Part shown: positions 9,101 through 17,468 of the stretch, in pieces
How the letters are laid out: each line of letters starts with the position of its first letter
Numbering within the stretch: position 1 is the stretch's first letter
Source of the DNA: a virus
Taxonomy: Duplodnaviria > Caudoviricetes
IMG/VR virus record: IMGVR_UViG_3300020472_002141
Span: 1-27,997 of that record
Length of the DNA stretch: 27,997 nt
Direction: 5' to 3' (one strand)
Notes under the pieces: model-generated
The model's database searches: none
Told to the model about the DNA's origin: nothing
What the model saw: the letters and a program-made list of their open reading frames with translations, nothing else
Program-made: the position numbers and the translations under genes

Positions 9101-9958
9101 ACATCTTATCCATACACTTCACTAACTGGTATTAGTACTGATATTGTAGGAGATACAACTCCACAACTTGGTGGTAATCTTGATGTTAATAATAAGAATA
9201 TTGAGATTGGAGATTGTACTACTGCAGGAACTGATAATACTTTAAAGATTGGATCTAATGGATTAGAGGTACATCATAGACCTAGTGCTTTTGCAACATA
9301 TATTCAGAATAAAAATAAGGATACAAACCTTTGGATTACTGGACAAAATACTTCTGGAAGTTGGGGACATATTTTCCTTAGACCTTATTTGAATGCTTTT
9401 AGTGGTGTTGCTTGTTGGTGGGGTGGTGCTACAGAATTGTATTATGGAAATACAGGATCTAAGAAATTAGCGACAGAAGTTGGTGGTGTTCAGATTACAG
9501 GATCTCTTGCAAAGACTGCTGGATCATTTAGAATTCCTCATCCTATTGTTGGTCTTTCTACTACAAAGTATTTGGTTCATTCATTCATTGAAGGACCACA
9601 AATGGATCTTATCTATCGTGGTAAGGTTACTTTAGTGGATGGTACTGCCACAGTTAATATTGATACAAAGGCAGGAATGACAGAAGGAACTTTTGTTCTA
9701 TTAAATAGAGATGTTCAATGTTTCACTACTAATGAAACTGGGTGGACTGCAATTAAAGGTTCTGTAACTGGCAACGAGATCACAATAGTTGCACAAGATA
9801 ATACTTGTACTGATACTATTTCTTGGATGGTTGTTGGTGAAAGACAAGATGAAGCTGTTAAGGCATTAGATATGACTGATAGTGAGGGTAACTTAATTAT
9901 TGAAACCGATCAACCAGCACCAGATACAAAACATGCTGATATTCAAGCACAGTTATAG
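6170..9958 (+). CDS. Long tail-fibre-like protein
   Basis: G/T/N-rich; repeats of GDGSxLTxI, AQGLTGTPxI and DxTPQLGGNLD; GNVGIGT; C-terminal GSFRIPHP...LVHSFIEGP domain. Confidence 0.85.
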   Translation: MLANRFRSGRVPHQHIGISSFTEDKLVLDVIGNANISGTLNVPNLTVTGVGATIEGDINARNLNIVGITTIGGLLYDGYSQSGSDGAYLRATGTGIKWTGFASVRDRQDFIATANQTSFTFPYNTNYIDVFVNGVKLASSEFTADNGTQVVLNTGCFAGDNVELISYNTGAVTNGSGGGGGATIGINTLGQSYFTHITASGIVTAAQFHGDGSNLTGINTSSGYATVAGIATLAQGLTGTPNINAGVITATKYYGDGSSLSGVAAGIVVEEEGSNIGTATTVNFVGAAITATFSNGTATVNVGDHYARIAGVATVATNAQGLIGTPTIVVDEIVANNVSVSQTLTYEDVTNVDSVGLITARSGIRVISGGINVASGVVTATNFVGPLTGDVTGNVSGSAGSAVFAEGLTGSPNIAVRGLTGTGIQITGLCTASTFVGNLVGSVQGGNVNAYNGTFVNNVSAAASITATNGFYGDGSKLTNIVTTSDSAPSNPNDGSLWWKSDEGILKIYYQDVDSSQWVDASPGGGGSGGSGGGSSDLINDSTPQLGGNLDLNNYDVSGTGDFNITGSGTFTGNGTFNNTLTVGAHAGIGSLSVTGVSTFSGNVNLPDEKKILIGDSDDMEIYHDSVSRSGIRFTNPEFRLLGTTGSSSIILGQSNSSSELSFGERYAQFNNNGSVDLFYNGDEKIRTTESGVNVSGAVTATYFYGNGSALTDIYAAPPAGISTTGYSGFTNVYCAGTLDVDKQAIFDDVIVSAAATFQGALTANTGPVTLNNTTANGNTDVIGIATFRNDVIFDGNVGIGTDNSIFNLDLGSYVSNNVSTAATLRIIGENNSTAIRIGPGGTNNDITLIRVDSKDGTTDGSANTNLGHSIKYMGSGSGADNRLAFWVDNTSNTAYEAVSIYNDGKFVVDGDPDAGGHGFYGTPSDAFTVRGTSKLTGGVDVTGHSELDNVNVSGVVTATTFKGNLEGNVTGDISNATSYPYTSLTGISTDIVGDTTPQLGGNLDVNNKNIEIGDCTTAGTDNTLKIGSNGLEVHHRPSAFATYIQNKNKDTNLWITGQNTSGSWGHIFLRPYLNAFSGVACWWGGATELYYGNTGSKKLATEVGGVQITGSLAKTAGSFRIPHPIVGLSTTKYLVHSFIEGPQMDLIYRGKVTLVDGTATVNIDTKAGMTEGTFVLLNRDVQCFTTNETGWTAIKGSVTGNEITIVAQDNTCTDTISWMVVGERQDEAVKALDMTDSEGNLIIETDQPAPDTKHADIQAQL

Positions 9959-9968
9959 AGGTAAATAG

Positions 9969-10709
9969 ATGGCTATTAATTTTCCAAACAATCCAAGTGT
10001 AGATGATACTCATTCCGCAAATGATATAACATGGAAGTGGGATGGAACAACTTGGAAAGTTGGTATATCTACAATTAATGCTGCTACTATTCCAGGTATT
10101 TCTACAACAGGAACATCTTATTTTTATAATGTATCAGTTGCATCTTCTGTAACTGCAAGTACATATTATGGTGATGGTTCTGGTTTAGTTGGAATTGCTG
10201 CAACAAATGCTGACTATGCAAGTGTGGCAGGTATTGCAACTAATGCTCAAGGTCTTACTGGTACTCCAGATATTACAGTAAATGATATTACATGTAGGCA
10301 TATAAGTTCTTCTGGTATTGTAACTGCAAGTGCATATTATGGTGATGGATCAAACTTAACTGGAGTCGGTGGTGGAGGTGGACAAGGCGGTACTGCTGGT
10401 ACTGGATCTTGGACTGCTACAGCAGGTGTTCTTTATGAATTAGATAATATTTCTATAAACAATTTAGTTTCAGAATATATTTTATATTTTGATCATAGTG
10501 GTAGTAATACAACTCAAGCACAAAAAGTTCTTGTTTTGAATAATGGAGTAAATTCTTATATTCAAGAATATGGTGTTGTTTATGATAATAATTTACTTGT
10601 TTCTGTTGGATCATCTATTAGTCAAAATAAATTAACTATCAATGCTGTACCAGAAACTGGTATCAATGGTGGAATTTCCTTTAAGTTTTTAAGAAATGAT
10701 ATATCATGA
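9969..10709 (+). CDS. Short fibre-like structural protein
   Basis: MAINFPNNP...WKWDGTTW start; shares GDGSNLTG and AQGLTGTP repeats with the upstream fibre; GAGGT SD. Confidence 0.8.
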   Translation: MAINFPNNPSVDDTHSANDITWKWDGTTWKVGISTINAATIPGISTTGTSYFYNVSVASSVTASTYYGDGSGLVGIAATNADYASVAGIATNAQGLTGTPDITVNDITCRHISSSGIVTASAYYGDGSNLTGVGGGGGQGGTAGTGSWTATAGVLYELDNISINNLVSEYILYFDHSGSNTTQAQKVLVLNNGVNSYIQEYGVVYDNNLLVSVGSSISQNKLTINAVPETGINGGISFKFLRNDIS

Positions 10710-12580
10710 TTGCTACAACAACAGATCCAAAAACGGGTAGAGTTCTTGTTGTTCATTCGGATAAGCAACAACCATATACTGTTTACGTAAATAATGCTGA
10801 AGATTGGAATGAGATTCATAATTATATAATTAATGAAAATAATATAGATGATATTCCAAATAGGAAGATTGATTGTACTTCGGAGATGAAGTGTTCTCCT
10901 AAGAGAAGTGTATATGAAATGTCTCCTGCTGAAGCAGAAGTTTTAAGAAAACATCCTAAGATTAGATTTGTTGAAAGGTCTACGTTATATAATGAGTATG
11001 TATTAGAACAAAGAAAATATGATGCAGGATTTGATAAGTTTATAGATGCTAATAGGTATAAGTATCCTGTTAATAATATGAGGAGTGGAGCAAATCCTAA
11101 TCCTTCTCCTCCTGAATTGGATTATACTCAATGGGGTTTATATAGACATTCATATAGAGCTAATAAATTTGTTGATGCAGGTCAGGTAGATGTAGATATT
11201 CCATTTACATTATCTGGAAAAAATGTTGATGTTGTTATTATGGATACTGGGGTTCGATGGGATCATCCAGAGTTTTTAAAACCAGGAGTTACAAGTCCTG
11301 TTCCTTCTCCTACTACTTGTGAACAATATACGAGGGTAAGAGATATATTAATTCATGGTGCATCTGAATATGGTATTAATTGGGCTGCGGAAGGATTAGC
11401 TGCTCCTGGATCTAATCCATTAAATTATTATGGAGTTGATGGAGCATTATTAATGGAGAAGGGATATAGTTCCTATCCATATAGTATTAGTTGGCATGGT
11501 AGTCACGTTGGTGGAACTGCTGCAGGAAATCAATTTGGGTGGGCGTTTGAAGCAAATATATGGTCTATTGCTTGTATTGATAGAGATGATTTAGGGTGGG
11601 CAGATCCTTGTGACGGATTTGATTATATTAAAGTTTGGCATAAAAATAAACCAATTAATCCAGAAACTGGTAAAAGAAATCCTACTGTAGTTAATGGTAG
11701 TTGGGGATTTAGGCAATTTTTCCGTAGTGATCTTGATTATGATGCAACACAAAGAGGAGTTTCATATAATAAAGCAAATATGAATTCAACAACTTGTCCA
11801 TCTGTACATTATATGGATACTTTGAATAGTTCTTATAAGCAGTTTACTGCAGTTCATACAGTTAAACAGGCAGAAGTTGATGAAATACTTGATGATCCTG
11901 ATTGTAAAGATATAGTATTTTGCTTTTCTGCAGGTAATTCTGTTGATAAGCAAGATATACCTGGAGGGATAGATTATGATAATGAAATAACTTCTGCTAC
12001 TTTTTATTATAGTGATAGGGGTACTCATTACAATAGGTCAGGAACACCTGCTATTGGTGCTGAAGGTAGAGAGGATCAGGTTATAGTTTCTGGTTCTATG
12101 GATAATTTAAGGCAGACATCAAATGGACAAGAAAGATGTTCTTACTTTAGTTGTAGGGGACCTAAGATTGATGTTTGGTCTGCTGGATCATCTATTCTCA
12201 GTCCATATAATAGTGGATATGATGATCCTAGAGATCCCAATTTTTACAATCAGTATCTTCAGGGAACCAGTATGTCTTGTCCAAATCTTGCTGGAGTTAT
12301 GGCATTGTATTTACAATCACAACCAAATGCAACTAGAGCACAAGCCAGAAAATGGTTATTAACTCATGGTTCAGTTGATGTTTCAGATTCTGATGCTACT
12401 TCATTAACTCCTGGATTTTATGATCCATATCAAAGTAATAGTGCAACTGATCCTACCTATTGGGGTAGTAATTATGGTTTAAGGAGTTCAAAGAGAAGAG
12501 TTCTATTAAATCCTTTTTGTAATAATGGAAAAGCATCTATGGTTGGTATTGCTGTTACAGGTATATCATTCTCGCATTAA
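10706..12580 (+). CDS. Subtilisin-like (S8) serine peptidase with probable N-terminal propeptide
   Basis: VVIMDTG (Asp), HGSHVGGTAAG (His), SAGNS (oxyanion Asn), GTSMSCP (Ser). Confidence 0.92.
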   Translation: MIATTTDPKTGRVLVVHSDKQQPYTVYVNNAEDWNEIHNYIINENNIDDIPNRKIDCTSEMKCSPKRSVYEMSPAEAEVLRKHPKIRFVERSTLYNEYVLEQRKYDAGFDKFIDANRYKYPVNNMRSGANPNPSPPELDYTQWGLYRHSYRANKFVDAGQVDVDIPFTLSGKNVDVVIMDTGVRWDHPEFLKPGVTSPVPSPTTCEQYTRVRDILIHGASEYGINWAAEGLAAPGSNPLNYYGVDGALLMEKGYSSYPYSISWHGSHVGGTAAGNQFGWAFEANIWSIACIDRDDLGWADPCDGFDYIKVWHKNKPINPETGKRNPTVVNGSWGFRQFFRSDLDYDATQRGVSYNKANMNSTTCPSVHYMDTLNSSYKQFTAVHTVKQAEVDEILDDPDCKDIVFCFSAGNSVDKQDIPGGIDYDNEITSATFYYSDRGTHYNRSGTPAIGAEGREDQVIVSGSMDNLRQTSNGQERCSYFSCRGPKIDVWSAGSSILSPYNSGYDDPRDPNFYNQYLQGTSMSCPNLAGVMALYLQSQPNATRAQARKWLLTHGSVDVSDSDATSLTPGFYDPYQSNSATDPTYWGSNYGLRSSKRRVLLNPFCNNGKASMVGIAVTGISFSH

Positions 12581-12594
12581 TAAATAAATAAATA
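12580..12594 (+). promoter_or_regulatory. Three overlapping late promoter boxes
   Basis: ATAAATAAATAAATA between the protease stop and the next gene. Confidence 0.65.
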
Positions 12595-12622
12595 ATATCT
12601 AGGAACCAGATTATTAAGTAAC

Positions 12623-14272
12623 ATGGGACGTTTTGTAGGATTAAGTGTAAATAACCAAAGAGGTAAAGGTAGTGGTGGCGGTGGCTCCATTCTCAGTAAC
12701 GAGGCTTTTACTAGAGCTACTGGTATTACAACAAACTCAGATAATAATGTAACCTCAGTAATACTGGGAGAAAATAAGTATGAAACTATTTTATACAACG
12801 CTGTTGGATTAGTTACTGGATATAATGAGATAATAGGTAGTGATGAAAAGGGATGGGCACTTACATATGATGCTAAGAATTTAATAGATACAATAACTGA
12901 AGTAGATACATTCCCAACTTATGCTGTAACATCAAGTGCTAATGCTGTTGATGAAGGTTCCACTGTATCATTTACTGTTACTACAACTAAGGTCTCAGAT
13001 GGTACTACATTATATTGGAAAGTAAGTAGTGAAGCCGATTTTACAACATCTTCAGGAAACTTTACAATTAATAGTAATACTGGAACATTTGATTGTACAC
13101 CATCTGAAGATGTTCTCACAGAAGGTACAGAACAATTTATGGTTGATATATTTGTTGATTCTGGATTTACTCAGAGTGTTGGTTCTAGTCCTGGTGTAAC
13201 TATAAATGATACATCAGAAAGTATTGCTTTGGGTGGTCACGTTTTCCATGCTGGAGATTGGAATACTACTGCATCTTATGATTGGACAGTTCCTAGTGGA
13301 GTAACAGCAATATCTGTTGTTTGTGTTGGTGGAGGTGGTGCTGGTGAAACCAACCACGATGCTGCATCAGGTGGTGGAGGTGGATTAGCATATAAAAATG
13401 GTATAGCTGTAACACCAGGTCAAACTGTTACTGTTAAAGTTGGTGCTGGTGGATTTGCTACATCTTGGGGTGTAACGGATTCTCCTGATGGATCAGATTC
13501 TTATATTCAGTATGCTGGCACTATTTACGCAAGAGCGAATGGTGGAAAAGGTGGTGATGGAAACCAAGGCGATGGTTGGTATAATAATTCAAATAGTTTC
13601 CCTAATACCAATAGTGATGGTGGTGGTCATGGGGGTTCTGGATATCATCAAGGTGGATGTCGTCAAAGTGGCGGTGGTGCTGGTGGATATAATGGTGGTG
13701 GTGAAACCAACTCTGGACGCTGCGGTAATCCAGGTTATTCTGGACAGTATGCTCAGAATGGTCAGAATGGTGGTGGCGGTGGAGCACACTCACAGAACGG
13801 TGGTTCCCAAGGTTACGCTGCTGGTGGTGGAGGAACTGGAGTATATGGGGAAGGAGCTAGTGGTGATAAAGGTGACGCAAATAATAATGGTAGTCCAGAG
13901 GGTGTTAATGACTTTCCTGGTCTTGGAGGATCACCAGCATATAATACTGGTTTAAGAGGTTATGCTAATGATTCTACTAATAGTGAGTGGGCAAGTGGTA
14001 GTGATTTAGGTAATAATTATGATAGAAATAGTCAGATGAATCAACATGGACAGGGTGGTGGAACAACTCCTGATGGTGGATTCCCTGGTGGTGGTGCTGG
14101 AGGAGCAAATGGTAGTTCACCTGCTGGATGGGGTGGAAATGGTATTGTTAGAATTGTCTGGGGACAGATAACTGGCCAAAACAGATCATTCCCTTCTACT
14201 AATGTGGATAGAACTGATCAATATGATGGAACTATTACAGAAGGACAAGAGGGTGTTCAGAGACAGTATTGA
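12623..14272 (+). CDS. Ig/Calx-beta-like plus glycine-rich domain protein (adhesin-like)
   Basis: VDEGSTVSFTVTT...TEGTEQF...INDTS, then WTVPSGVTAISVVCVGGGG ... GGNGIVRIVW Gly-rich domain. Confidence 0.8.
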   Translation: MGRFVGLSVNNQRGKGSGGGGSILSNEAFTRATGITTNSDNNVTSVILGENKYETILYNAVGLVTGYNEIIGSDEKGWALTYDAKNLIDTITEVDTFPTYAVTSSANAVDEGSTVSFTVTTTKVSDGTTLYWKVSSEADFTTSSGNFTINSNTGTFDCTPSEDVLTEGTEQFMVDIFVDSGFTQSVGSSPGVTINDTSESIALGGHVFHAGDWNTTASYDWTVPSGVTAISVVCVGGGGAGETNHDAASGGGGGLAYKNGIAVTPGQTVTVKVGAGGFATSWGVTDSPDGSDSYIQYAGTIYARANGGKGGDGNQGDGWYNNSNSFPNTNSDGGGHGGSGYHQGGCRQSGGGAGGYNGGGETNSGRCGNPGYSGQYAQNGQNGGGGGAHSQNGGSQGYAAGGGGTGVYGEGASGDKGDANNNGSPEGVNDFPGLGGSPAYNTGLRGYANDSTNSEWASGSDLGNNYDRNSQMNQHGQGGGTTPDGGFPGGGAGGANGSSPAGWGGNGIVRIVWGQITGQNRSFPSTNVDRTDQYDGTITEGQEGVQRQY

Positions 14273-14295
14273 TAACTGTTTTCTGAGTTTAAAAA

Positions 14296-14302
14296 CTAAA
14301 TA
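14296..14302 (+). promoter_or_regulatory. Late promoter variant (CTAAATA)
   Basis: Intergenic, 16 nt before ATG 14319. Confidence 0.55.
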
Positions 14303-14318
14303 ATTAGAAAGGCACAAA

Positions 14319-15110
14319 ATGGCAGATAAAGGTTTTGGTGTAAAGGAACTTAATTTGATTGGAGATTCTGGTACTCCAACAATTGTAAGTCCCAATAATT
14401 TAAATTTAAATGCTGTAAATGTTGCTATTAGTACTGATGTATCAATAGGTGGTACTTGTACGGCAACAGAATTTAGTGGTGCTATATCTGGTTGGATATT
14501 GGGTAATGATGGTTCAAGTCATTATACATTTACTGGTCCTGGGTTAACTGGTACAGTAGATGATCCAGATTTAAATCTTGTTAGAGGTCAGAAATATATT
14601 TTTCATAATAGATCTTCAGGTCATGCTTTTAGGATTCAAAGTACTCCTAATGGATCTGTAGGGTCAGCATATAATACTGGTGTAACTAATAATGATGGTT
14701 CAGCACCAACAGATATTGTATTTGATGTTCCTCAAGATGCACCCAATCTTTTATACTATCAATGTACTGCTCATACTAATATGGGTGGCGTTCTTCATAT
14801 AGGATCAGATTTATCTTTACCTGTTAATACACAAGCATCTACATATATAATTCAAAAAACAGATGTTGGTAATATGATTAAAGCTAGTGGTGATATAACT
14901 GTTGCTTCTGCTAATGAATTATCTGTGGGAGATATAGTAACGATATACAATGCTACTGGTGGTAATATTAATATAACAAGATCAAGTACTAATATTTACC
15001 TTGCTGGAGATACTGCTTCTTCAAATAGAGTTTTAGCACAGAAAGGAATTGCTACTCTTGTATGTGTTGATTCAAATGAATATGTATTGATGGGTGGCGG
15101 TATTACATAA
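14319..15110 (+). CDS. Structural protein with cupredoxin-like domain
   Basis: LxLVRGQKYIF...GHAFRI...LYYQCTAHTNMGG; MADKGFGVKELNLIG start; ends in GGGIT. Confidence 0.75.
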   Translation: MADKGFGVKELNLIGDSGTPTIVSPNNLNLNAVNVAISTDVSIGGTCTATEFSGAISGWILGNDGSSHYTFTGPGLTGTVDDPDLNLVRGQKYIFHNRSSGHAFRIQSTPNGSVGSAYNTGVTNNDGSAPTDIVFDVPQDAPNLLYYQCTAHTNMGGVLHIGSDLSLPVNTQASTYIIQKTDVGNMIKASGDITVASANELSVGDIVTIYNATGGNINITRSSTNIYLAGDTASSNRVLAQKGIATLVCVDSNEYVLMGGGIT

Positions 15111-16294
15111 TGTCTGCTATACAATCATTGCTGCATCATATGGGATCAGGATCAGCAGAATGGCAAGGTAATTCTACTGCTTCAATGACTGAAAGTTCAA
15201 CTTCAATAGATGAAGGTCAAACTTTAACTTCTACTATTACTACTACAAATTGTCCTGATGGTGTTGTTTTATATTGGACAGTTGATCAACATACAGGAGC
15301 AATAAACTCATCTGATTTTAGTGCGTATTCTGGGACTGCTGTTATTAATAGTAATAGTGGATCAATTACTACTAATATAGTTGCAGATGTTGCAACAGAA
15401 GGAGAAGAAAAGTTTGCAATTCTTTTATTTACAGATTCTGGATATAGTAATAATATAGCAAGTACAAATGTAATTACGATTAACGATACTTCTACAGCAC
15501 CAACTCAACATAGTCATTCTTCAGGTACTATTAATGTACCTGCAAATGCATATGATATATCATTTGAATGTTCTGGTGGTGCTGGTGGAAAAGGTGGAGC
15601 TGGAGGAGCTTCAAGATCTAATGGTGGTTCTGGAAGGAGTTCTTGGTTTACAACTAATCTAACTGCACCATATACAGTCAACCTTTGGCCAGGAACTAAA
15701 GGTGTAGATGCATATGATCCTCCTGTTGGTGATCCCACATTCCCTAATGGTTGTAGTGGATGGAGTGGTGGAGCTGGAGGAAGTAGTGCTGTTGGAATGA
15801 GTGGTGGTACTGGTGGAGCTTCTGGTGGAATTGATAATGCTGGAAGTAAGTCTTGTAATGTTGGAGGTGGTGGAAGTGGTGGTGCTGGAAGTTTGATCCA
15901 GATTAGTGGTGTTGGTTATGTTGCTATCGCTGCTGGCGGTGGTGGTGGTGGGGGTTCTGCTGGATCTACCACTGGAGATTCTGGTGGAAATTATTCGGGT
16001 TATGGTGGATCTACTCCTTGGGTTGCAACAACATCTAGTCTTGAGAATGGTTCTGGTGCTAGTGGTGGATCAGGTACTGATACAAATGATGCTGCTGGTG
16101 GTGGTGGATCAGGTGGTGGTGCTTCATATACGGCAGTTGCTGCTGGAGCAGCAGGAGGAAGTAATGCGTCATCTGTAGGACAAGGTGGTGGATCTGGTGT
16201 TAGTGCTTATAGATCAGATGTTATGAGTCAGGGAAGTAATTCCCATAATCCAGGTTCTAATGGATACGCTATGTTATATTTTAAAACCCCATAA
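15110..16294 (+). CDS. Ig/Calx-beta-like plus glycine-rich domain protein (adhesin-like)
   Basis: SIDEGQTLTSTITT...TEGEEKF...INDTS paralogous to 12623..14272; long GGxGG tracts. Confidence 0.8.
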   Translation: MSAIQSLLHHMGSGSAEWQGNSTASMTESSTSIDEGQTLTSTITTTNCPDGVVLYWTVDQHTGAINSSDFSAYSGTAVINSNSGSITTNIVADVATEGEEKFAILLFTDSGYSNNIASTNVITINDTSTAPTQHSHSSGTINVPANAYDISFECSGGAGGKGGAGGASRSNGGSGRSSWFTTNLTAPYTVNLWPGTKGVDAYDPPVGDPTFPNGCSGWSGGAGGSSAVGMSGGTGGASGGIDNAGSKSCNVGGGGSGGAGSLIQISGVGYVAIAAGGGGGGGSAGSTTGDSGGNYSGYGGSTPWVATTSSLENGSGASGGSGTDTNDAAGGGGSGGGASYTAVAAGAAGGSNASSVGQGGGSGVSAYRSDVMSQGSNSHNPGSNGYAMLYFKTP

Positions 16295-16297
16295 ATA
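16291..16297 (+). promoter_or_regulatory. T4-like late promoter box (ATAAATA)
   Basis: Overlaps the upstream stop codon, 20 nt before ATG 16318. Confidence 0.6.
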
Positions 16298-16317
16298 TCT
16301 AATAAAGTAATTATATA

Positions 16318-17073
16318 ATGGCATTCAATAGAGAGCTATCACAACTTGGTCATTATATTGTAGTAGATGACACTACAGGTAAGATTGCTATTACCAGTAC
16401 GACATCACCTAATGTTGGTATTGGAAGTTTAAATCCTGAATATAAACTTGACGTTCTTGGTGATACTAGGATTAGTGATGGTCTTACTGTTGGTGGTATT
16501 TCTACTTTTGTTGGAGTATCTACATTTCAAAGTAATTTATATGTTGGTGGTGACTTTGATTTTAAAGGTAAGTTATTTAATGATGGTCAATTATATACAT
16601 CTGGTGTTGGTATTGGATCAACAACAGTTAATGCAGAAAGTGGTGATGTTGGATATAGAATAGGTATTGGATTTACAGATGTTAATTTTGTTGGATCTGG
16701 TTTAACTATTACTGGTTATGGAAGTACAGTAGTTGTTGATTTTAATAATCTTTCTGTTAGAGCAGATGCTACAATACCTCCATTAACTTTATTAAATTCC
16801 TCTGCTAATTTGGATTCTAATAAAGGTTATTTGACCAATACAGTGGGTGCAGGATTTACAGTAACTCTTCCTTTAAGTAAGAACGCTGGAGACTTTGTTG
16901 AAATACATGACACAGAATCATGTTGGGACATAAATAATCTTATGGTTGCAACCCAAAATAACGAGCAGTTTAAAAATTATACTGGTACGATTGATTCTCC
17001 TTTGGCATGTGATGTTGCTGGTGCTACTGTAAAACTAGTTTGGACTAATACTTATTGGAGGGTATTTGCATGA
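16318..17073 (+). CDS. Fibre-like structural protein
   Basis: NVGIGSLNPEYKLDVLGD fibre repeat; C-terminal FTVTLP...GDFVEIHD...W...LVW module typical of T4-like tail proteins. Confidence 0.78.
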   Translation: MAFNRELSQLGHYIVVDDTTGKIAITSTTSPNVGIGSLNPEYKLDVLGDTRISDGLTVGGISTFVGVSTFQSNLYVGGDFDFKGKLFNDGQLYTSGVGIGSTTVNAESGDVGYRIGIGFTDVNFVGSGLTITGYGSTVVVDFNNLSVRADATIPPLTLLNSSANLDSNKGYLTNTVGAGFTVTLPLSKNAGDFVEIHDTESCWDINNLMVATQNNEQFKNYTGTIDSPLACDVAGATVKLVWTNTYWRVFA

Positions 17074-17453
17074 CAATGTTTCTAAGTGGAAGTATGCTAT
17101 CTGGCACTAGTGGTGGTGGCGGTGGTGGACTTCAATTTGGTCAACAAGATAGATTCTATGTTCATGCATTGAGGAGAGATGATGATGGAATGCTTAGGTA
17201 CACTAAGGTGAAAACTACTGATGATGAGGTAGTTGATGTATCTCATAGACTTGATGGAACACCATACCCAGAATTCTTAGAAGGTTTAGATTATGTGGAT
17301 GAAACCACTGAAGAAAAAACTTATAGGAACAACGAGTACGATAAATACCAACAGTTTAGATTCGATTTTAGGAAAACTTCCTATTATATCGATGATGATG
17401 GATATCTAACAGTATCGTTTAGTGATCATGATTATGCTGCAGGACCAAAATAG
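17070..17453 (+). CDS. Acidic hypothetical structural-region protein (start probably 17070 or 17076)
   Basis: GGAGG upstream and ATGA overlap with the previous stop favour 17070 over 17055. Confidence 0.75.
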   Translation: MTMFLSGSMLSGTSGGGGGGLQFGQQDRFYVHALRRDDDGMLRYTKVKTTDDEVVDVSHRLDGTPYPEFLEGLDYVDETTEEKTYRNNEYDKYQQFRFDFRKTSYYIDDDGYLTVSFSDHDYAAGPK

Positions 17454-17468
17454 GATTTAAAAAAAACA

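Noticed and set aside
13602-13793. His-rich minus-strand ORF (HHHH tracts)
   Set aside because: It is the reverse complement of GGT Gly codons in the 549-aa gene; no independent coding evidence.
13488-13955. Val/Met-rich alternate-frame ORFs (also 15906, 16448, 22591, 12123)
   Set aside because: Off-frame readings of GGT/GAT-rich coding sequence inside well-supported genes.
14257-14286. Imperfect hairpin over the 549-aa stop codon
   Set aside because: AT-rich, bulged, and without a clean U-tract; too weak to call a terminator.
17341-17347. Intragenic ATAAATA upstream of the 1317-aa gene
   Set aside because: Could be a real late promoter, but it lies in coding sequence of an AT-rich genome and cannot be separated from chance.
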